From the IMG/VR virus record IMGVR_UViG_2740892234_000002: 19,616 nucleotides of DNA; one strand, 5' to 3'. Source of the stretch: a virus. Taxonomy: Duplodnaviria; Heunggongvirae; Uroviricota; Caudoviricetes. The notes below the pieces were generated by a model that saw only the letters and a program-made list of their open reading frames with translations, did no database searches and was not told the DNA's origin. Position 1 is the stretch's first letter. The number at the start of each line of letters is the position of its first letter. Both the position numbers and the translations under genes were made by a program. Shown here one piece after another: positions 17,663-19,616 of this stretch.

Positions 17663-18159
17663 GCGACGATACAGCGCATAATGTGTCAGGCTTGAATACC
17701 TTTATCGAATCCCGGTAATAAAAACTGTCCCTGTCTCTCCAGACGTTCCAGCTTTGCAAGCAATTGAGGTTTTTTCGTTCTCCCCCAGCGATTGAGCAGA
17801 CGGCCTGACATGCTGGCGACATCCTTCTCTTTCATGTACTCCAGCATTACGGCGTTACGTTCTGCTTCATAACTTTCGCTGTACTTACGGAGTTCTGCTG
17901 ACATCNNNNNNNNNNAGCGACGATACTGCGCATGATGTGTCAGACTTGAATACCCTTATCGAATCCCGGTAATAAAAACTGTCCCTGTCTCTCCAGGCGT
18001 TTCAGCTTTGCAAGCAATTGAGGTTTTTTCGTTCTTCCCCAGCGATTGAGCAGCCGGCCAGACATACTGGCGACATCCTTCTCTTTCATATACTCCAGCA
18101 TTATGGCGTTGCGTTCTGCTTCATAACTTTCGCTGTACTTACGGAGTTCTGCTGACATC
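17663..18159. repeat. Direct repeat pair (17663-17905 and 17916-18159, >90% identical by eye) flanking N gap 17906-17915
   Basis: Both copies contain the 3' ~215 nt of the Rha-like gene plus ~30 nt downstream; ORF 17686..17904 is the truncated second version of the same C-terminus. Confidence 0.85.
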
Positions 18160-18557
18160 CAGTTAAACGCATTGATATAGGCTTCTTTAACAGCATCGGC
18201 TTTTGCCCCGTTAAATCCCATAACCAGCATAACGAAGCCACTAAAGTCCATGCGGTAGTAAATCTGTTTCTTGTCGAAAATCCCTAAGTCATTGATTTTC
18301 TCGACGGCCCAAAAATGGGTTGTCGAGAATTCCTCAGAACATCTCAAACATTTAATAGCCCTAATCACATGCTGATGGCGTTTACCAAATGCCCTGGCAA
18401 TCTGGAAGGTGTCAGTTACCGGTTGACCTTCTGCTGCGGTAACTAACTGGCGAAAGTCGAAGTCATGATTCGCAATTAATTCATTCATGGCGTTGCCTGC
18501 TTCTTTGAAATGAACCTTTGCCGCACAGGAAACCAGCCCACCGAGGCTCGCCAGCAC
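17940..18557 (-). CDS. Rha-family-like phage regulatory protein (putative antirepressor-type), 205 aa as in ORF track; an internal ATG (MNELIANHDF, ~18488) may be the true start
   Basis: N-terminal motif ...VTDTFQIARAFGKRHQHVIRAIK... resembles the Rha domain signature; C-terminal half of unknown function. Family assignment from motif memory only. Confidence 0.5.
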   Translation of the reverse strand: MLASLGGLVSCAAKVHFKEAGNAMNELIANHDFDFRQLVTAAEGQPVTDTFQIARAFGKRHQHVIRAIKCLRCSEEFSTTHFWAVEKINDLGIFDKKQIYYRMDFSGFVMLVMGFNGAKADAVKEAYINAFNWMSAELRKYSESYEAERNAIMLEYMKEKDVASMSGRLLNRWGRTKKPQLLAKLKRLERQGQFLLPGFDKGIQV

Positions 18558-18640
18558 TAACTGGTATCCTCAAAGGCCCATTCCAAAGGGTCAGGTTCGG
18601 TGTTTATTGTGCGCTGCGGTGCGCGGTGAAATACCGGTAC

Positions 18641-18671
18641 AAAAATGCCCCGCATCTGCGAGGCATTTTCC
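18641..18671 (-). terminator. Strong inverted repeat followed by a T tract downstream of Rz/Rz1 (candidate rho-independent terminator, possibly bidirectional)
   Basis: Minus strand GGAAAATGCCTCGCAGATGCGGGGCATTTTTGTACC: ~11-12 bp stem with one mismatch, then TTTTT. Lies between the Rz stop (~18707) and the Rha-like gene start. Confidence 0.6.
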
Positions 18672-18706
18672 TGAAAGTCACTTGTTAAATTTCAGTGAAA
18701 TTAAAA

Positions 18707-19137
18707 TTATTTTAAGCACTGCGTCCTGATGTACTCCTGCAAGTAGTTAACCTGCGCGGTTATCCTGTCGATTCCACTTCGGAGACGGTAATAATTGAGT
18801 TCAGCATCTGCTGTAAGTCCTGGGCTNNNNNNNNNNCGCTGGCTCCGGTCTTTGACTTTGCACAGGAGGCGGCGACTTGCAGCCGCTTACGCCCAGCAGA
18901 AACATCATCACGGAGACTTTCGATAGTCGCGTTAGCATCAGCAAGCTCCTTTGTATATCTGGCATCGAGTTCTGCTACATCACGTTGACGCTTCTGCATA
19001 TCAGCGATGATGGATGTGGCTTTATCGCGCTGGTCTTTGTAGGCGATAGCGTTATCACGGTAATGATTAACAGCCCATGACAGGCAGACGATGAGGCAGA
19101 TGACCAGAACGTAGATAATCGCGGTTACTCTGCTCAT
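18707..19137 (-). CDS. Rz: i-spanin Rz, split by 10-N gap 18827-18836 that shifts the apparent frame
   Basis: 5' part [39 protein letters not shown]...[18 protein letters not shown] matches lambda Rz; 3' of the gap, a different frame reads ...[36 protein letters not shown], matching the lambda Rz C-terminus. ATG overlaps the lysozyme stop (ATGA). Coordinates +/-3 bp. Confidence 0.8.
18760..18938 (-). CDS. Rz1: o-spanin Rz1 (lipoprotein) embedded in the +1 frame of Rz, also interrupted by the N gap
   Basis: Embedded frame reads [34 protein letters not shown] [gap] [21 protein letters not shown]: signal peptide, lipobox-like VSGC, proline-rich segment, as in lambda Rz1. Start +/-3 bp. Confidence 0.7.
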
Positions 19138-19347
19138 TGTTGCCCCCACAAACAGACTTCACGCTCAATCTCACGGCGAGTCATCAGCCCTTTCCATTGC
19201 TTACCGCCAGCGTATGTCCAGNNNNNNNNNNAGAGCGGAGATAATAACGGTTACCCTGCTCATTGTTGCCCCCACAAACAGACTTCACGCTCAATCTCGC
19301 GGCGAGTCATCAGCCCTTTCCATTGCTTACCGCCAGCGTATGTCCAG
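19114..19347. repeat. Direct repeat pair (19114-19221 and 19240-19347, >90% identical by eye) flanking N gap 19222-19231
   Basis: Both copies contain the lysozyme 3' end (...[22 protein letters not shown]) overlapping the Rz start (MSRVT...); the second copy's Rz is cut off after ~11 codons by the gap. Confidence 0.85.
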
Positions 19348-19616
19348 CGCCGTAGCTGATCACATGCGCCTTTGATATCGCCCTGGTTTATTTTGCGAAG
19401 AAGCGTCGATGTTCTGAAATTGCCAGCGCCCACGTTGTAAACGAACGAGTAAAGAGCGCCGCGCGTTGTTTCCGGTATATCGACGTTGATGTACGGGTTA
19501 ATTTGTCTGGCGACCGTGGCAAGGTCTTTATTCAGGAGGGCTTTGCATTCTGCTTCGGTATACGTTTTACCGGGCATGATGTCTTTTCCGGTGTGTCCGT
19601 GACATACAGTCCATAC
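19260..19616 (-). CDS. R: Phage lysozyme (GH24, T4/P22-type; RrrD-like), C-terminal ~118 aa; gene start lies beyond the window end
   Basis: Translation to the window edge reads [43 protein letters not shown]...[40 protein letters not shown], matching E. coli prophage lysozyme RrrD as recalled. Confidence 0.85.
   Translation of the reverse strand, partial: VWTVCHGHTGKDIMPGKTYTEAECKALLNKDLATVARQINPYINVDIPETTRGALYSFVYNVGAGNFRTSTLLRKINQGDIKGACDQLRRWTYAGGKQWKGLMTRREIEREVCLWGQQ

Noticed and set aside
17686-17904. 72-aa ORF 17686..17904 as an independent small gene
   Set aside because: It is a near-identical second copy of the C-terminal 72 aa of the Rha-like protein, ending at the N gap: a contig-overlap artefact or allelic copy, with no independent start context.
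18760-19149. ORF 18760..19149 taken as a single 129-aa protein
   Set aside because: It crosses the 10-N gap; the frame before the gap is Rz and after it is Rz1, so the continuous ORF is a gap artefact. Annotated as Rz and Rz1 instead.

Overview
This window is the late (morphogenesis) region of a lambda-like siphovirus prophage of the Escherichia/Shigella type, almost entirely on the minus strand. Reading right to left it carries the end of the lysis cassette (GH24 lysozyme, Rz/Rz1 spanins), a Rha-like gene, a small YlcI-like gene (+ strand), the cos site, then Nu1-A-W-B-C(Nu3)-D-E-FI-FII-Z-U-V-G-T-H-M-L-K-I and the 5' part of J. Identifications rest on the supplied ORF translations compared with lambda proteins recalled from memory; no database search was run. 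I do not see an undescribed biological system: genes between J and A are contiguous, with no intergenic gap over about 60 bp and no inserted cargo gene. The observations worth a second look are: six 10-N gaps, four of them flanked by diverged direct repeats (likely scaffold joins between paralogous prophage copies, so linkage across them is unproven); a triplicated repeat in the C/Nu3 scaffold domain; a lambda-type cosN beside non-lambda cosB repeats and a non-lambda Nu1 N-terminus; the conserved G-T -1 frameshift site; a K ORF that runs about 100 nt into I; and several intercistronic hairpins. Caveat: my hand-read coordinates disagreed with the ORF track by 1 nt in places, so features not taken from the ORF track are good to about +/-3 bp and start-codon identities (ATG vs GTG/TTG) are unverified.
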